64,000 nt of DNA from Candidatus Bipolaricaulia bacterium (GCA_042219045.1 JBDGQO010000003.1:1-64000); one strand, 5' to 3'. Shown: positions 1 through 10,467, numbered from the stretch's first letter. Numbers and translations are program-made. Notes: generated from the sequence alone by a model not told the origin.

Positions 1-137
1 TCATGAGCTTGTCATGATCGCTCCAAATAATAGGGTATTGGATGACCATCGGCCAACTCCGCAAGTTCGGTCTTTGTAGGTGCGCTTACAGTCGCGCGCC
101 CGGATCCGCCATAGACTCGCCCGCGTCTAAGGGATGG

Positions 138-434
138 ATGATGCCAGTGACTGCCGAATTGGTCCACATCGGTCGAGGCAACTACGTCGACATTTCACGT
201 GTCATCGGTCTTGCCGACGCCCAGGAGAACGACTTCGATGAACGCATCCGAGACAGCCGAGAGCGGGGGACGTTGCTGGACTTCAGTTGCGATCGCCAGG
301 TCCGTTCTATCATCTTCACCGACTGCGGCCAGATCGTGCTCTCCTCGGTCCGGGCCGAAACGTTGGTCGAGCGCATCGATCGCAAGACGCGCATCCGCGA
401 GATCGCCTCCTCGATGAACCCGTTCAACGCCTGA
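138..434 (+). CDS. RemA/YlzA (DUF370) family regulatory protein
   Basis: LVHIGRGNYVDISRVIG...RGTLLDFS...RSIIFTDCGQIVLSSVRAETLVERI matches the DUF370 pattern; start moved to ATG 138 (the ORF from 42 has a non-conserved N-terminus). Confidence 0.8.
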   Translation: MMPVTAELVHIGRGNYVDISRVIGLADAQENDFDERIRDSRERGTLLDFSCDRQVRSIIFTDCGQIVLSSVRAETLVERIDRKTRIREIASSMNPFNA

Positions 435-468
435 GGAGCGCGCGATCGGCGCGAGCCGACGTTGACGC

Positions 469-1626
469 TCAGCGCACGGCGCTGATCCCGGTCAGATCCT
501 CGCCCACGATCAGCGTGTGCATGTGGTCGGTCCCCTCGTAGGTGTAGACGGTCTCGAGGTTCGTCATGTGGCGAATCGTCTGATAATCAAGCGTGATGCC
601 GTTGCCGCCGAGCAGCTCGCGCGCCTTCCGGGCGACGTCCAACGCCATGCGACAGTTGTTCCGCTTGGCCATGGAGACGTGCGTGTGGCGGGCCTCGCCT
701 TGATCTTTCAGTTGCCCCAAGCGATGGCACAGGAGTTGAGCTTTGGTTAAGTCGGTCGCCATGTCGACGAGCTTGTCCTGGACCAACTGGAACGAGGCGA
801 CCGGCTTGCCGAACTGCTCGCGCTCGCCCGTGTAGGACCGGGCTTCCTCGAAGCAGGCCATCGCCGCGCCGAGGACCCCCCAGGCGATGCCGTAGCGGGC
901 CTGGTTGAGACAGCGGAACGGGCCGCGCAATCCCTCGGCCTCCGGCAGCATGTTCGCCGCCGGCACGCGGCAGTCGTCGAAGTAGAGCTCGCCCGTGTGG
1001 GAGGCCCGCATGGACAACTTTCCGGGGATCGGTCCGGTGTCGAACCCGGGCGTGCTCGCCTCGACGAGAAAGCCGCGGATCGTGTCGTCCACCTTGGCCC
1101 AGACGACCGCGACGTCGGCAACTTGCGCGTTGGTGATCCAGGTCTTGTTGCCGTTGAGCACGTAATCATCGCCGTCTCGGACTGCGGTCGTCTCCATGCT
1201 GCCTGGATCGGAGCCGTGCCCCGGCTCGGTCAACCCGAAGCAGCCGATCATCTCCCCGCTTGCCAACGAGGGCAGATAGCGCGCTCGCTGGGCTTCCGTG
1301 CCGAAGGCGTAGATGGGATACATGACGAGCGCGCCCTGCACCGAGGCCATGCTGCGCAGCCCGGAGTCGCCGCGCTCCAGCTCCTGCATCATGAGCCCGT
1401 AGCTGACGTTGTCCACGCCCGCGCAGCCGTAGCCGTGCAGATTGGCCCCGAACAGCCCCATTTCGCCCATTTCGGGAACGAGCTCGTCCGGGAAGCGCGC
1501 TCGCTCGTAACAGTCGGAAATGATGTCCGTGACGTTGTCGTCCACCCAGGACCGAACGGTCCGCCGAATCTGGCGCTGTTCTTCGCTCAGCAGGTCGTCC
1601 AGGCGATAGTAGTCGAGGTGTCTCAT
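469..1626 (-). CDS. gcdH: Acyl-CoA dehydrogenase, glutaryl-CoA dehydrogenase type
   Basis: GCFGLTEPGHGSDPGSM, ELERGDSGLRSMASVQGALVM and TYEGTDHMHTLIVG motifs typical of the GCDH subfamily. Confidence 0.85.
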   Translation of the reverse strand: MRHLDYYRLDDLLSEEQRQIRRTVRSWVDDNVTDIISDCYERARFPDELVPEMGEMGLFGANLHGYGCAGVDNVSYGLMMQELERGDSGLRSMASVQGALVMYPIYAFGTEAQRARYLPSLASGEMIGCFGLTEPGHGSDPGSMETTAVRDGDDYVLNGNKTWITNAQVADVAVVWAKVDDTIRGFLVEASTPGFDTGPIPGKLSMRASHTGELYFDDCRVPAANMLPEAEGLRGPFRCLNQARYGIAWGVLGAAMACFEEARSYTGEREQFGKPVASFQLVQDKLVDMATDLTKAQLLCHRLGQLKDQGEARHTHVSMAKRNNCRMALDVARKARELLGGNGITLDYQTIRHMTNLETVYTYEGTDHMHTLIVGEDLTGISAVR

Positions 1627-1672
1627 GGTAAGTCACCGGCCACTGTAGCAAAGCCGAGGTCGCCACGCCCGC

Positions 1673-2017
1673 TCAGGCCTCGGCGCCGGGCGTTCGCGTC
1701 TCCTCGGCCAGCCAAGCCAGATAGGGGGCGTGCCCGGCGACGACGGGAACGGCCAATATCTCTGGCACGTCGTACGGATGGGCCTCCATGATCGTCGCCT
1801 CCAGCGCGTCGTAGATCGAGCGGGGCGACTTCAGGATCACGAGCCACTCCTCTTCGTCGGCCACGTCGCCTTGCCAGTGGAACCGGCTCCGCATCGGCCC
1901 GAGCACCTGGGCGCAGGCGGCGAGGCGTTGCTCGATGGCGTGCTCGGCGATCCGGTGCGCGCCCGCTTCGTCGTCGACGGTCGTCATGACTTGGACGGCG
2001 TCCTCCAGCTCGCTCAT
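1673..2017 (-). CDS. cutA: Divalent-cation tolerance protein CutA
   Basis: EQRLAACAQV, SRFHWQG, HPYDVPEI motifs; AGGAGG SD upstream. Confidence 0.93.
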   Translation of the reverse strand: MSELEDAVQVMTTVDDEAGAHRIAEHAIEQRLAACAQVLGPMRSRFHWQGDVADEEEWLVILKSPRSIYDALEATIMEAHPYDVPEILAVPVVAGHAPYLAWLAEETRTPGAEA

Positions 2018-2088
2018 TCGTGTCCCTCCTTGATTTTCCCATCAGGATGTTGACCATGGTACTTGGCCGACGAAGGACCCGTCATGCC

Positions 2089-2631
2089 ATGACGATCACG
2101 GAAATCAAACGCCACCTCGACGGTCGCGAGGAGCGATACGAGTGCGAGCTGTTGCTCAGAACCGACGATGCCGCGCTCGTTCGGTTCGGCTTCCATCAGG
2201 ACGAGCCACGTGAGGACGGGCCGTTTCAGCTCCCATCAGGCGAGATCGTCACACTGGCCGCGTTCTGGGAAGGCCACCCCTATCTCATCTATCGACTGAC
2301 CGATGAGAACGACCGACTCATCGGCCATCGCTTCGACGTCTGCGAGGCCGTCCATATCGACGACGAGATCCGCTACACGGATCTGCTCTTGGACGTCTGG
2401 ATACCGCGCGACGGTAACATCTACGTGCTCGATGCCGACGAGATCGAAGACGCGCGATCGAGCGGCCTTATGGACGAGCGCCAAGTGGCCTTTGTGGACC
2501 GAGTCCGGCAGTACCTGGAAACCCACGCCGCTGACGTGATTAAGGAGCTGGACGAGCTAGCGGCGCAGGCGAATGTAGCTGAAGGCGCCGAGCAGGCCGA
2601 GCGCGAGCCCGGCGACCGAGGCGGCGAATGA
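2089..2631 (+). CDS. DUF402 domain protein
   Basis: EIKRHLDGRE...GHRFDVC...YTDLLLDVWI..DG...VLDADE resembles the DUF402 core; the C-terminal tail overlaps the opposite-strand gene. Confidence 0.7.
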   Translation: MTITEIKRHLDGREERYECELLLRTDDAALVRFGFHQDEPREDGPFQLPSGEIVTLAAFWEGHPYLIYRLTDENDRLIGHRFDVCEAVHIDDEIRYTDLLLDVWIPRDGNIYVLDADEIEDARSSGLMDERQVAFVDRVRQYLETHAADVIKELDELAAQANVAEGAEQAEREPGDRGGE

Positions 2632-2754
2632 CAGGAAGTTCAGCACGAACGTGGATTCCAGCATCTGAATGACCATCAGAAACGGGACCACGACGCCCAC
2701 GACGAGCAGCAGGCCGCCGACGATCATGTAGAGCCGCGGATCATCCGTGCGCAT
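2557..2754 (-). CDS. Small 2-TM membrane protein, last gene of the opp operon
   Basis: 65 aa with two hydrophobic helices; its ATG overlaps the oppF stop (TGATG at 2756-2752), indicating translational coupling. Confidence 0.75.
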   Translation of the reverse strand: MRTDDPRLYMIVGGLLLVVGVVVPFLMVIQMLESTFVLNFLSFAASVAGLALGLLGAFSYIRLRR

Positions 2755-3782
2755 CAGCGATACAGCCAACACTCCGTATAGTGCTTGGACTCGGGCTCGA
2801 ACTCCGGCGGCTCGTCCGTTTCGCAGAGGCCTTCGATGAACTTGGGACAGCGCGGATGGAACCGACAGCCAGACGGCGGGTGGACCAAACTCGGCGGTTC
2901 GCCCGGCGGGACTTCGCGCATCGACTTGGCGTTGGCGGCGTCCGCGTCGGGAATGGCTGACAACAGCGCCTCGGTGTAGGGATGTTTCGGATCGCGGATC
3001 AGCTCGTCCACGCCCGCTTTTTCGATGAGTCGCCCGCCGTACATCACAAACGCCCGCTCGGAGAAGTGACGCACGGTGGACAGATCGTGGGTGATGTAGA
3101 TAAGTCCAAGGTTGTGTTCCTCCTGGAGACGTCGGAGCAGCTCCAGAATCTCGACGCGAACCGAGGCATCCAGCATGGAGACGGGCTCGTCAGCCAAGAT
3201 CAGCTTGGGCCGTAGGATCATCGCCCGGGCGATGACAAGCCGCTGTTGTTGACCGCCGCTCAGCATGTGGGGAAACTTGGGCAGAAAGTCCTCCACCGGC
3301 TTCAGCCGCACATCCTCCATGGCCTCGCGAATGCGCTCGTCCTGCTCGTCGCGGTTCCGGATGCCGTTGATCGCAAGCGGCTCGGTGAGGATGTTCCGGA
3401 CGCTCATGAACGGCGGCGTGGCGCCGTAGGGGTCCTGCTGCACGAAGCCGACCTTGGCCTTGTACCACTGGCGGCCTTCCTTGTCGAGCGCGTCCACGTC
3501 CTCGCCCTCGAAGACGATGCGACCGGACGTCGGTCGATGGAGCCCCAAGATCGTCTTGGCCAGCGTCGACTTGCCGCAGCCGCTCTCCCCGACGATGGAG
3601 ATGGACTCGGCATGCTTGAGCTGGAAGCTGACCCCGTCGACCGCCTTGACGTCCCCCACGTGGAAAAAGCCCCAACGCCGCAGCGCAAACCACGTGCGCA
3701 GCTCCTCAATCGACAACAGGGGCTCCGCTTGAGGGTCCGTTGCCGACGTCGACGTCAATGTCTTGTCCCGAACGTTTTCCAT
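2754..3782 (-). CDS. oppF: Oligopeptide/dipeptide ABC transporter ATPase (OppF/DppF)
   Basis: Walker [26 protein letters not shown] and C-terminal GCRFHPRC. Confidence 0.93.
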   Translation of the reverse strand: MENVRDKTLTSTSATDPQAEPLLSIEELRTWFALRRWGFFHVGDVKAVDGVSFQLKHAESISIVGESGCGKSTLAKTILGLHRPTSGRIVFEGEDVDALDKEGRQWYKAKVGFVQQDPYGATPPFMSVRNILTEPLAINGIRNRDEQDERIREAMEDVRLKPVEDFLPKFPHMLSGGQQQRLVIARAMILRPKLILADEPVSMLDASVRVEILELLRRLQEEHNLGLIYITHDLSTVRHFSERAFVMYGGRLIEKAGVDELIRDPKHPYTEALLSAIPDADAANAKSMREVPPGEPPSLVHPPSGCRFHPRCPKFIEGLCETDEPPEFEPESKHYTECWLYR

Positions 3783-3792
3783 GTGGTGATCC

Positions 3793-4746
3793 CTACCAGT
3801 GGAGCCAGCACTTGACGTGCCGGCCCTTTTCCGGTTCTACGGTCGGTGGCTCCTCGTCGCAGCGATCAAATCGATGGGGACACCGATCGGCAAAGCGACA
3901 CCTATCGGGCGGGTTGAACAGGCTCGGCGCTTGGCCCGGGATAAACTCGGGCTGTTCGGTCTCGCGCAGTTTCGGGACGCTCGCCATGAGCTTGTGCGAG
4001 TACGGGTGCAACGGCTCCTCAAAGAACCGCTGGGCATCGCTGATCTCCACGATCTGGCCCGCGTACATCACGGCGACCTTGTCCGCCAGTTCGCTGGAGG
4101 TCGCGATGTCGTGCGTGATGAGGATGAAGCTCGTGCCGAACTCGCGCTTGACCTGCTTGAAGACGTTCATGATGTTGGCTTGCGTTAGCACGTCCAAGGC
4201 CGACGTCGGCTCGTCCATGACGATGACGTCGGGATTGGTCGCCAGCGCCATGGCCAAAATCGCCCGTTGGCGCATCCCGCCGGAGAGCTCGAACGCGTAG
4301 CGATTGAGGAAGTCGACCGGAACGCCGACCATGTTGAACACTTCCGCCGCACGGTCGTAGGCTTCCCCTTTGTCCACGCCGAAGTGGACGATCAACGGCT
4401 CGGCCACTTGTTCGCCCACTTTGACGACCGGGTTGAGCGCGTTCATGGCGGCTTGGGAGACGAGCGCGATCTTGACCCAGCGGATCTCCCTGCGGAAGCG
4501 CTCCTCGCGAAGCTGCATGACGTCCTGACCGTTGAGGCGGACTTCGCCGGCATAGGTGTCGATATTGCGCGGCAGTAGCCGCAAGAGCGCCTTGGCCAAC
4601 GAGCTCTTGCCGCAGCCCGAATCGCCGATCAGGGCAATGGCCTCCTCGCGCTCGAGCGTGAAGTCGAGCCCGTCGACGGCCTGGACAACGCCCTTCGACG
4701 TCTTGTAGTGCAGCGTCAGGCCCCGGACATCCAGCAGCGCGTCCAT
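3793..4746 (-). CDS. oppD: Oligopeptide/dipeptide ABC transporter ATPase (OppD/DppD)
   Basis: GDSGCGKS, LSGGMRQR, MDEPT, CRFADRC; start ATG 4746 (MDALLDV) overlaps the oppC stop. Confidence 0.93.
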   Translation of the reverse strand: MDALLDVRGLTLHYKTSKGVVQAVDGLDFTLEREEAIALIGDSGCGKSSLAKALLRLLPRNIDTYAGEVRLNGQDVMQLREERFRREIRWVKIALVSQAAMNALNPVVKVGEQVAEPLIVHFGVDKGEAYDRAAEVFNMVGVPVDFLNRYAFELSGGMRQRAILAMALATNPDVIVMDEPTSALDVLTQANIMNVFKQVKREFGTSFILITHDIATSSELADKVAVMYAGQIVEISDAQRFFEEPLHPYSHKLMASVPKLRETEQPEFIPGQAPSLFNPPDRCRFADRCPHRFDRCDEEPPTVEPEKGRHVKCWLHW

Positions 4747-6101
4747 CACTCGACCCTCAGACGGGGATTGAAGATGCGGTCCAACGCCAATCCGATCATG
4801 ACGAAGGATGTGCCCGTCAGCAGAAGGAGCATGCCCGGTAGGAGAACCCAATAGTATAAGCCTTGATAGATGGCCCCTTCGCTCTGGGCGGTGCTGATGA
4901 TCTTGCCCCACGTGGGCAACACGGGATCTCCCAATCCCAGTTGCGCCAACGTTGCCTCGAGGAAGATGAAGCCGGGAATGGCTCCGACGAAGATCGGCAA
5001 AAGGGTCGGAGCGGCTCGAGGCATCATGTAGCGCCATACGATGCGCCAGTTGCCCGCGCCGTAGGACTGCGCCGCTTGGATGTAGGGATCCTCGCGAACC
5101 TGAAGGAAGAGCGCGCGATACGTCTTCACCCCGGCACTGAAAATGCTGATCGCGATTAACACGGCAAGCATGACCCAGAGGCTCGACGAAATGAACGTGC
5201 CGACCAGAATGAGCACCACGAGTGGGTTCAAGACGATGTTGATCTCAGTGAGCCGCTGAATGAGGGCGTCGACGAGCCCGCCGAACCAAGCGCCGATCGC
5301 GCCGATGATGAACGTGAACACGGTCGCCCCGACCGCCCCACCGATGCCGAATGCTAGGGCGAATGGCGTTCCCATCAACAGCCCCAAGGCGAGATCTCGC
5401 CGTTGATGGTCCGTCCCCGCGATACCGTGGACCTTGCCATAGACGATCAGCTTGGCGTCCAATGTGGCGTCCTGTTCAAAAAGCAGTCCCTCGACCACGA
5501 GTTCGTATTGGCCCTTGAGCAGCTTTGCGGTCTCCGGGTCGGCCCCTTGCTTTGTCAGCAAACCGATCTCCGGGCGCAATCCGCCCAATCTCTCGCGAAG
5601 CTCACTGTTCTGCGACAGGTTGAACGTCGCCGATTTTCCCACGCCCTGTTCCGCAATGGGAACCTTGCGGCCGTCCGGCGTTCGCCAACTCATCGTCACG
5701 AACGGCTGTTTGGACTGATACGTCGAGGTTATTTTCACCGCAATTGCTTTGGGAAATGCCTCGGCTGTGTAGTCAAAGGGCAGCTTAATGGTCACTTCGG
5801 TGAGGTCATCCTCACGTTTGACCGTCTTGGTGACGACGTCGTTGGGAGGTTGACTGTTTCGGGTGATCGTGGTCGGAAGGTCCTTGCTGCGGAACCAGTT
5901 GTACCAGACCGGTGCTGCGTTCTTCGGGTTATCTTGCCATTGAGGACCACTCTGCCAGAGGTCGATCATCTCGCTGTAGGAATAAGCCGTCAGCGTGTAC
6001 CCCGTCATGCCGAGCAGCCCAATCAGGATGACAATGCCCAAGATGGCCGATGGGTAAGATTTCAATTGGCGGAGCGCTGCCCCTATCCTTCGCACGATCA
6101 A
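4746..6101 (-). CDS. oppC: Peptide ABC transporter permease (OppC-like) with a large extracytoplasmic insertion
   Basis: GTDHQRRD, EAA-like loop YIQAAQSYGA, LPTWG; about 190-aa soluble loop after TM1. Confidence 0.88.
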   Translation of the reverse strand: MIVRRIGAALRQLKSYPSAILGIVILIGLLGMTGYTLTAYSYSEMIDLWQSGPQWQDNPKNAAPVWYNWFRSKDLPTTITRNSQPPNDVVTKTVKREDDLTEVTIKLPFDYTAEAFPKAIAVKITSTYQSKQPFVTMSWRTPDGRKVPIAEQGVGKSATFNLSQNSELRERLGGLRPEIGLLTKQGADPETAKLLKGQYELVVEGLLFEQDATLDAKLIVYGKVHGIAGTDHQRRDLALGLLMGTPFALAFGIGGAVGATVFTFIIGAIGAWFGGLVDALIQRLTEINIVLNPLVVLILVGTFISSSLWVMLAVLIAISIFSAGVKTYRALFLQVREDPYIQAAQSYGAGNWRIVWRYMMPRAAPTLLPIFVGAIPGFIFLEATLAQLGLGDPVLPTWGKIISTAQSEGAIYQGLYYWVLLPGMLLLLTGTSFVMIGLALDRIFNPRLRVE

Positions 6102-7267
6102 CCGCTCCCTTCGCCGACGCGAATGCGCGGGTCAACCAGCGCATAGATAATGTCGAGCATGAAAACCGCAATGGCCAGGAGATAAGCGTAAATGGCCACA
6201 CTCCCGATGATGACGGCCACGTCAAACTGATTAATCGCTTGGAAAAGCAGTCGCCCCAGGCCGGGCCAGTTGAAGATGATCTCCAGCACGACAGCACCTT
6301 GCCACAACGTAATTACGGAGAGCAAGAACTGGGTCACGATGTAGGGCAACGTGGGCCGAAGGATGTAGCGGCGTTGGATTGTGCCGGACGGCAAGCCCTT
6401 CGCGCGCGCCATTTCGACATAGTCCTCGCTTGAGTAAATCAAAAAGTACGTGCGATACTGATACACAGCCAGGAAAAACCCGGAGACCCAGAAGGCCACG
6501 ACGGGAAGGATCAGGTGTTCCAGCACGCTGAGCGAATAGGCAAGCGCGGATTCGGGCACCGGCGCGTCGACCAATCCGCCGAACGGCAACCATCCCAACA
6601 CCGCGGCAAAGATGAGGATGAGAAAGATGCCGTAAAACCACGAAGGAGCCGCCGATGTAGGGGCCAATGAGACCATGATCCGATCCAGCCACGTTCCGTA
6701 ACGTCGCGACAGCACCAACGCCATGATCAGGGAGGAGAAGAAGAGAATTAAAAATCCCGTTCCTAAAAGCAAAAGCGTTGGCGGCAACCGCTCCAGAAGG
6801 ATCAGCCGGACCTGCTTGGATCCTGTGTCGCTGGTGACCTGGCTCGCTCGACCGAGCGTCAGCGTAATGGCGTTGCTCAAGTGGTTGAAGCTGCGATTCT
6901 GCGGCACCAGACGGAGCCCATCCTCCGTCATGGCAATGGGCCAGAAGGGTTTGTTGAGGCCCAACCGCTCCCGCTCCTGTTTGATCATCGCCTGGATCCG
7001 CTCTCTCCGCTCCTCGGTCGGCAGCTTTTGGAGCTCCGGGTTTGAGGAGACCTGCGCGATAACCTGTTGCCGAATCTGATTCATGCGCACCTGATCGACA
7101 TAGCCGCCTGCGTTGACGATCAGCAACATGACGTAGACGGCAACCACGACGGTGGCCGCAAGGATGAGCAGTCGAACGACGATGTAGCGCAGGAATTGGA
7201 GCACCGAGCCCAGGCGCAGGCCGGAGGCCTGATCGCCCGAGCTCGGTTCCTGCACGGCTTGTGCCAT
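6098..7267 (-). CDS. oppB: Peptide ABC transporter permease (OppB-like)
   Basis: ERLPPTLLL, EDYVEMARAKGL, FNWPGLG, YALVDPRIR. Confidence 0.9.
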   Translation of the reverse strand: MAQAVQEPSSGDQASGLRLGSVLQFLRYIVVRLLILAATVVVAVYVMLLIVNAGGYVDQVRMNQIRQQVIAQVSSNPELQKLPTEERRERIQAMIKQERERLGLNKPFWPIAMTEDGLRLVPQNRSFNHLSNAITLTLGRASQVTSDTGSKQVRLILLERLPPTLLLLGTGFLILFFSSLIMALVLSRRYGTWLDRIMVSLAPTSAAPSWFYGIFLILIFAAVLGWLPFGGLVDAPVPESALAYSLSVLEHLILPVVAFWVSGFFLAVYQYRTYFLIYSSEDYVEMARAKGLPSGTIQRRYILRPTLPYIVTQFLLSVITLWQGAVVLEIIFNWPGLGRLLFQAINQFDVAVIIGSVAIYAYLLAIAVFMLDIIYALVDPRIRVGEGSG

Positions 7268-7312
7268 GGTTAGCTGCCGATCTCCTTCATGGTTGACGTC
7301 ATGACGTGCCGG

Positions 7313-10300
7313 CTACGGCGACACGGACACGAACGAGAACTTGGCGGACGCTGGCACGCTGACCTTATTGGAGACAACGGACACTTCCAGCCGATTGGAG
7401 CCGGTTCCCAGCTGCTTCGTCTCCTCAGGCGTCAACGTCACCTGCCATGATCCGTCGGATACCGCTTTTGCCTCGCCTTTGAGGACGAGTTCGCCGTCGG
7501 ATCCGAAGACGAGGTATTTGACGAAGTTGATGTCCTCAACCGCGTATGGCTTGCCCTCAAACTTGATGTTGACGTCGACGGTGGCCTTCTCGCCGCTTGT
7601 GATGCGTTGCGGTCCGGAGACGGAGACACTCGGGATAGGTGGTTCGGTAAAGCCCATCCATTTGTCGGGCGGATTGGGGAACTTTTCGTAACGTCGCAGC
7701 GTGACGACGCCTGCAACCGGTTTCGCGCTCTCCAAGTAGTAGGGCCCATGGCCAACCCAGAAGTGACCCTTCTGTTCGTGCCATTGACCGAGCTTTTCGT
7801 AACGAGAGCGAGCTTCTTCGGCATCGATGTATTTGCCCAACACGTTCTTAAACGGAATGAAGGTTTGCTCCATGGCCTTCTGCCGGTTCTCCTCCAAGAT
7901 CTTCAGCGTCGGGCCGGCGACGTAGTTGAGGCGATCGACCTGCAACTGCTCCGCCTTGCTTTCGGAGAACGCTGCGCTTCCATTCCGCTCGGCCATCATG
8001 CCGAGTGCCAGCGAATGCCAGGGTGCTGGGCCGTACGCATAGTAGGGTGAAACGACGCCTGCAGCTTCCGCCGCGACGGTTTCCGCATCGAGATAGATGC
8101 GATCGCTGTAGACCTCGATGACAAGTGGGTTCTCTTGAACGATGCGCAGCCCCTTAAACCAGTTTCGGAACTGCTTGAAATCTGGCACATAGGACTCATC
8201 GTAGAGATCGCTCGCCTTCTTGGCACGATCAAAGGTCAGGATCAATGGCATAACGAGATCGGCCATGCTCATCTCGGTGCCATCGTGCCATGTCATGTTT
8301 TGCAGCTTCTTGTCGAAACGGATGACCGTTTTGGCCTTGGCCTGGACGCTCCCCGTTTGAGCTTCGCCGGCGGTGATAAAGCGGTGGTTCGTTGCATCCC
8401 AGTCGTACCAAGCGTCCTCGGGAACTTGGATCTCCGGTGCGCGCTTCAACTCGACCCAGTCGAGCGATTGCTGGACCGGCAATCCCTCTTTGACGGTAAC
8501 GGTGGCCTTTTTGACGCGCTCGGATCGGGAGAGACCGGTATAGGGATCCGGCAACGTCATCACATCGCCGGTCGCCTGTTGAAGCATCGCGTCAAAGACG
8601 AAGTTGGTTCCGCCGAGGGGATTCCACGGCCCGTTGAGGATGTTCTGCACGGCGAAAGCGACGCTGTCTCGGCCTTTCGCACGCAAGGTGTAAGGCCAGA
8701 GACTTGAATTGGAGATCCCGCCAGCGAGGTCGGCGGCTAGCGTTACGTTTTGCCGGCGAGGCCAGATGTCGATGGTGTCCACGAGCCAGACCCGAGCGGA
8801 GTTCTTCATGGACATGCGCAAGGCTTTGGCCATCATCGCGTTCCGTTCTTCGAGCGAGCTGTAGTTGCGTTGGTTCAACTTCTGGGCAACCTTGGCGAAC
8901 GCCTCGGAGGGTTGATACGCCTGCCACAGCGGCTGGGCCAAGCCCTTTGGCGTGTAAAAGAAGTTGAAGTTGCCCGCCTGGTCACGATCGACCGCGCCGC
9001 TTATCCAGCCACCCGTGTAGATATGCCACTTGCCTGCAGCGGGATCACTGCCGATCCAGATGGGCGAGGCCTGCTTCGACGTCTTGTACATGCGCTCGAT
9101 CTTGAAGCCCATATCGGCGAGGAGTCGGGACACATAGTCCCCGACCTTTTCGCGGGCATCCTCTGTCCGGATCAGGAACTTGAGCGTGACGGGCTCGCCG
9201 TCGTACTGCCAGGTGCCATCGACCTTCTGAGCACCCATCTGCTTCATCTGTTCGGTAATGATCCGCTTGGCCTTTTCGGGTTGGTGGCCGTATTTGATCT
9301 CGAGCTGCCGGGCGACGCCGATTAATCGCGCGTAATCCGGGAATGCCGTTGTCAGTGCCGTAAAGCGCGGCTCGGCTAGGCCACCATAGAGGTCATTGGC
9401 GATATGCTTTCGGTCAATCAGCCAGTTCATCGCCTCGCGGATCCTCTTGTTGCCGAACGGGTTGAATTTGCCGTTTTTGAACGTCGGGCCGACCGGATTG
9501 AACGTCAAGCACGTATAGGAGCCATACGACCTATAGGCAGCCAATTTATCCGACGTGTTGATCTCTTGCTTGATGCTTGGCTGGTTCACGCCCTGGGCAT
9601 AGACCTGAATGTCGTTGTTCTTCAAACGATCGATCGCCTTCGAGGCGTTCTGGCCTTGCGTCACGGTTACTTGCTGAACGATGTTGCCTGTTGCTTCTGA
9701 CTCGGATGCCGGTTTCTGATCCTCGCTTGTCTCGGACTCTTCTGCGGCCTGTTCGTCCGTGGTCTCGCTGGCCTCTTGGGAAGCTTGAGCAGAGATGGTT
9801 CGTGTTACGGACGTGGACGCGCCGAAATTGTCAACGATCTCCAGCTGAACTTCATGCTCCCCGGCCTCGCTGAATTGGTACTCGACCTGGGCTCCCTGGG
9901 CGGTTGACCCATCCGGGAAGGTCCAGTTGAATTCGGCAATCTTGCTGTCGGGATCGCTGGAGCCCGACGCATCGAGCGTGACGGTCTCATTGACGTTCGG
10001 GCTCTCCGGCGAATGTTGGACGTTGGCCTTGGGGCTTTGATTCTGGACGTTTACCGTCACCGTGGCCGTGGCGGAGGTGTCGTTGTTGTCGATGACCTCC
10101 AGCTCAACCTCGCGCTCGCCGGGCTCGGCAAACTGATGCTCGACCTGTTGTCCCTGTGCTGTCGAGCCGTCCGGGAAGGTCCAGTTGTACTCGGCAATCT
10201 CGCCGTCCTCGTCGCTGGACTCGGACGCATCGAACGTGACGGACTCGTTCACGTTCGGCTCGCTGGGGGAGTGGCTGAAATCGGCTGTGGGCGACTGATT

Positions 10301-10384
10301 TTGACCGGCACAGCCGGCTAACGCCACGGCCGCCGCCACTGCCAAGACTGCAACAATGGGCCATCGACCCGTCGTAATCACCAT
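7313..10384 (-). CDS. Family-5 ABC substrate-binding lipoprotein with two N-terminal PKD domains and a C-terminal Ig-like domain
   Basis: Lipobox LAGC; two PKD repeats (DAS.S.D.DG/SKIAE.NWTFPDGS); NPFGNKRIREAMNWLIDR, WHDG and GPYYLES SBP motifs; first gene of the opp operon. Confidence 0.85.
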   Translation of the reverse strand: MVITTGRWPIVAVLAVAAAVALAGCAGQNQSPTADFSHSPSEPNVNESVTFDASESSDEDGEIAEYNWTFPDGSTAQGQQVEHQFAEPGEREVELEVIDNNDTSATATVTVNVQNQSPKANVQHSPESPNVNETVTLDASGSSDPDSKIAEFNWTFPDGSTAQGAQVEYQFSEAGEHEVQLEIVDNFGASTSVTRTISAQASQEASETTDEQAAEESETSEDQKPASESEATGNIVQQVTVTQGQNASKAIDRLKNNDIQVYAQGVNQPSIKQEINTSDKLAAYRSYGSYTCLTFNPVGPTFKNGKFNPFGNKRIREAMNWLIDRKHIANDLYGGLAEPRFTALTTAFPDYARLIGVARQLEIKYGHQPEKAKRIITEQMKQMGAQKVDGTWQYDGEPVTLKFLIRTEDAREKVGDYVSRLLADMGFKIERMYKTSKQASPIWIGSDPAAGKWHIYTGGWISGAVDRDQAGNFNFFYTPKGLAQPLWQAYQPSEAFAKVAQKLNQRNYSSLEERNAMMAKALRMSMKNSARVWLVDTIDIWPRRQNVTLAADLAGGISNSSLWPYTLRAKGRDSVAFAVQNILNGPWNPLGGTNFVFDAMLQQATGDVMTLPDPYTGLSRSERVKKATVTVKEGLPVQQSLDWVELKRAPEIQVPEDAWYDWDATNHRFITAGEAQTGSVQAKAKTVIRFDKKLQNMTWHDGTEMSMADLVMPLILTFDRAKKASDLYDESYVPDFKQFRNWFKGLRIVQENPLVIEVYSDRIYLDAETVAAEAAGVVSPYYAYGPAPWHSLALGMMAERNGSAAFSESKAEQLQVDRLNYVAGPTLKILEENRQKAMEQTFIPFKNVLGKYIDAEEARSRYEKLGQWHEQKGHFWVGHGPYYLESAKPVAGVVTLRRYEKFPNPPDKWMGFTEPPIPSVSVSGPQRITSGEKATVDVNIKFEGKPYAVEDINFVKYLVFGSDGELVLKGEAKAVSDGSWQVTLTPEETKQLGTGSNRLEVSVVSNKVSVPASAKFSFVSVSP
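9788..10297 (-). repeat. Tandem PKD-domain duplication within the SBP (two ~84-aa copies); a third copy lies on the + strand at ~10839-11090
   Basis: Near-identical segments NWTFPDGSTAQGQQVEHQFAEPGE and NWTFPDGSTAQGAQVEYQFSEAGE; DNA ccgggaaggtccagttg occurs twice. Confidence 0.85.
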
Positions 10385-10438
10385 GGATCGCCTCTCATTT
10401 CCCCTTTTCGAGCGCCTCTTGGAAGCGCTAATGCCGTC

Positions 10439-10467
10439 ATTGTAATTGGGCCGTTCACGACCGTCAA
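10439..10467 (-). promoter_or_regulatory. Sigma70-type promoter of the left opp operon
   Basis: Minus strand TTGACG-17 nt-TACAAT. Confidence 0.7.

Noticed and set aside
1..30. Minus-strand GGAG plus ATG at the window start
   Set aside because: Reads ATG ACA AGC TCA TGA, or a start running off the edge; cannot be evaluated in this window
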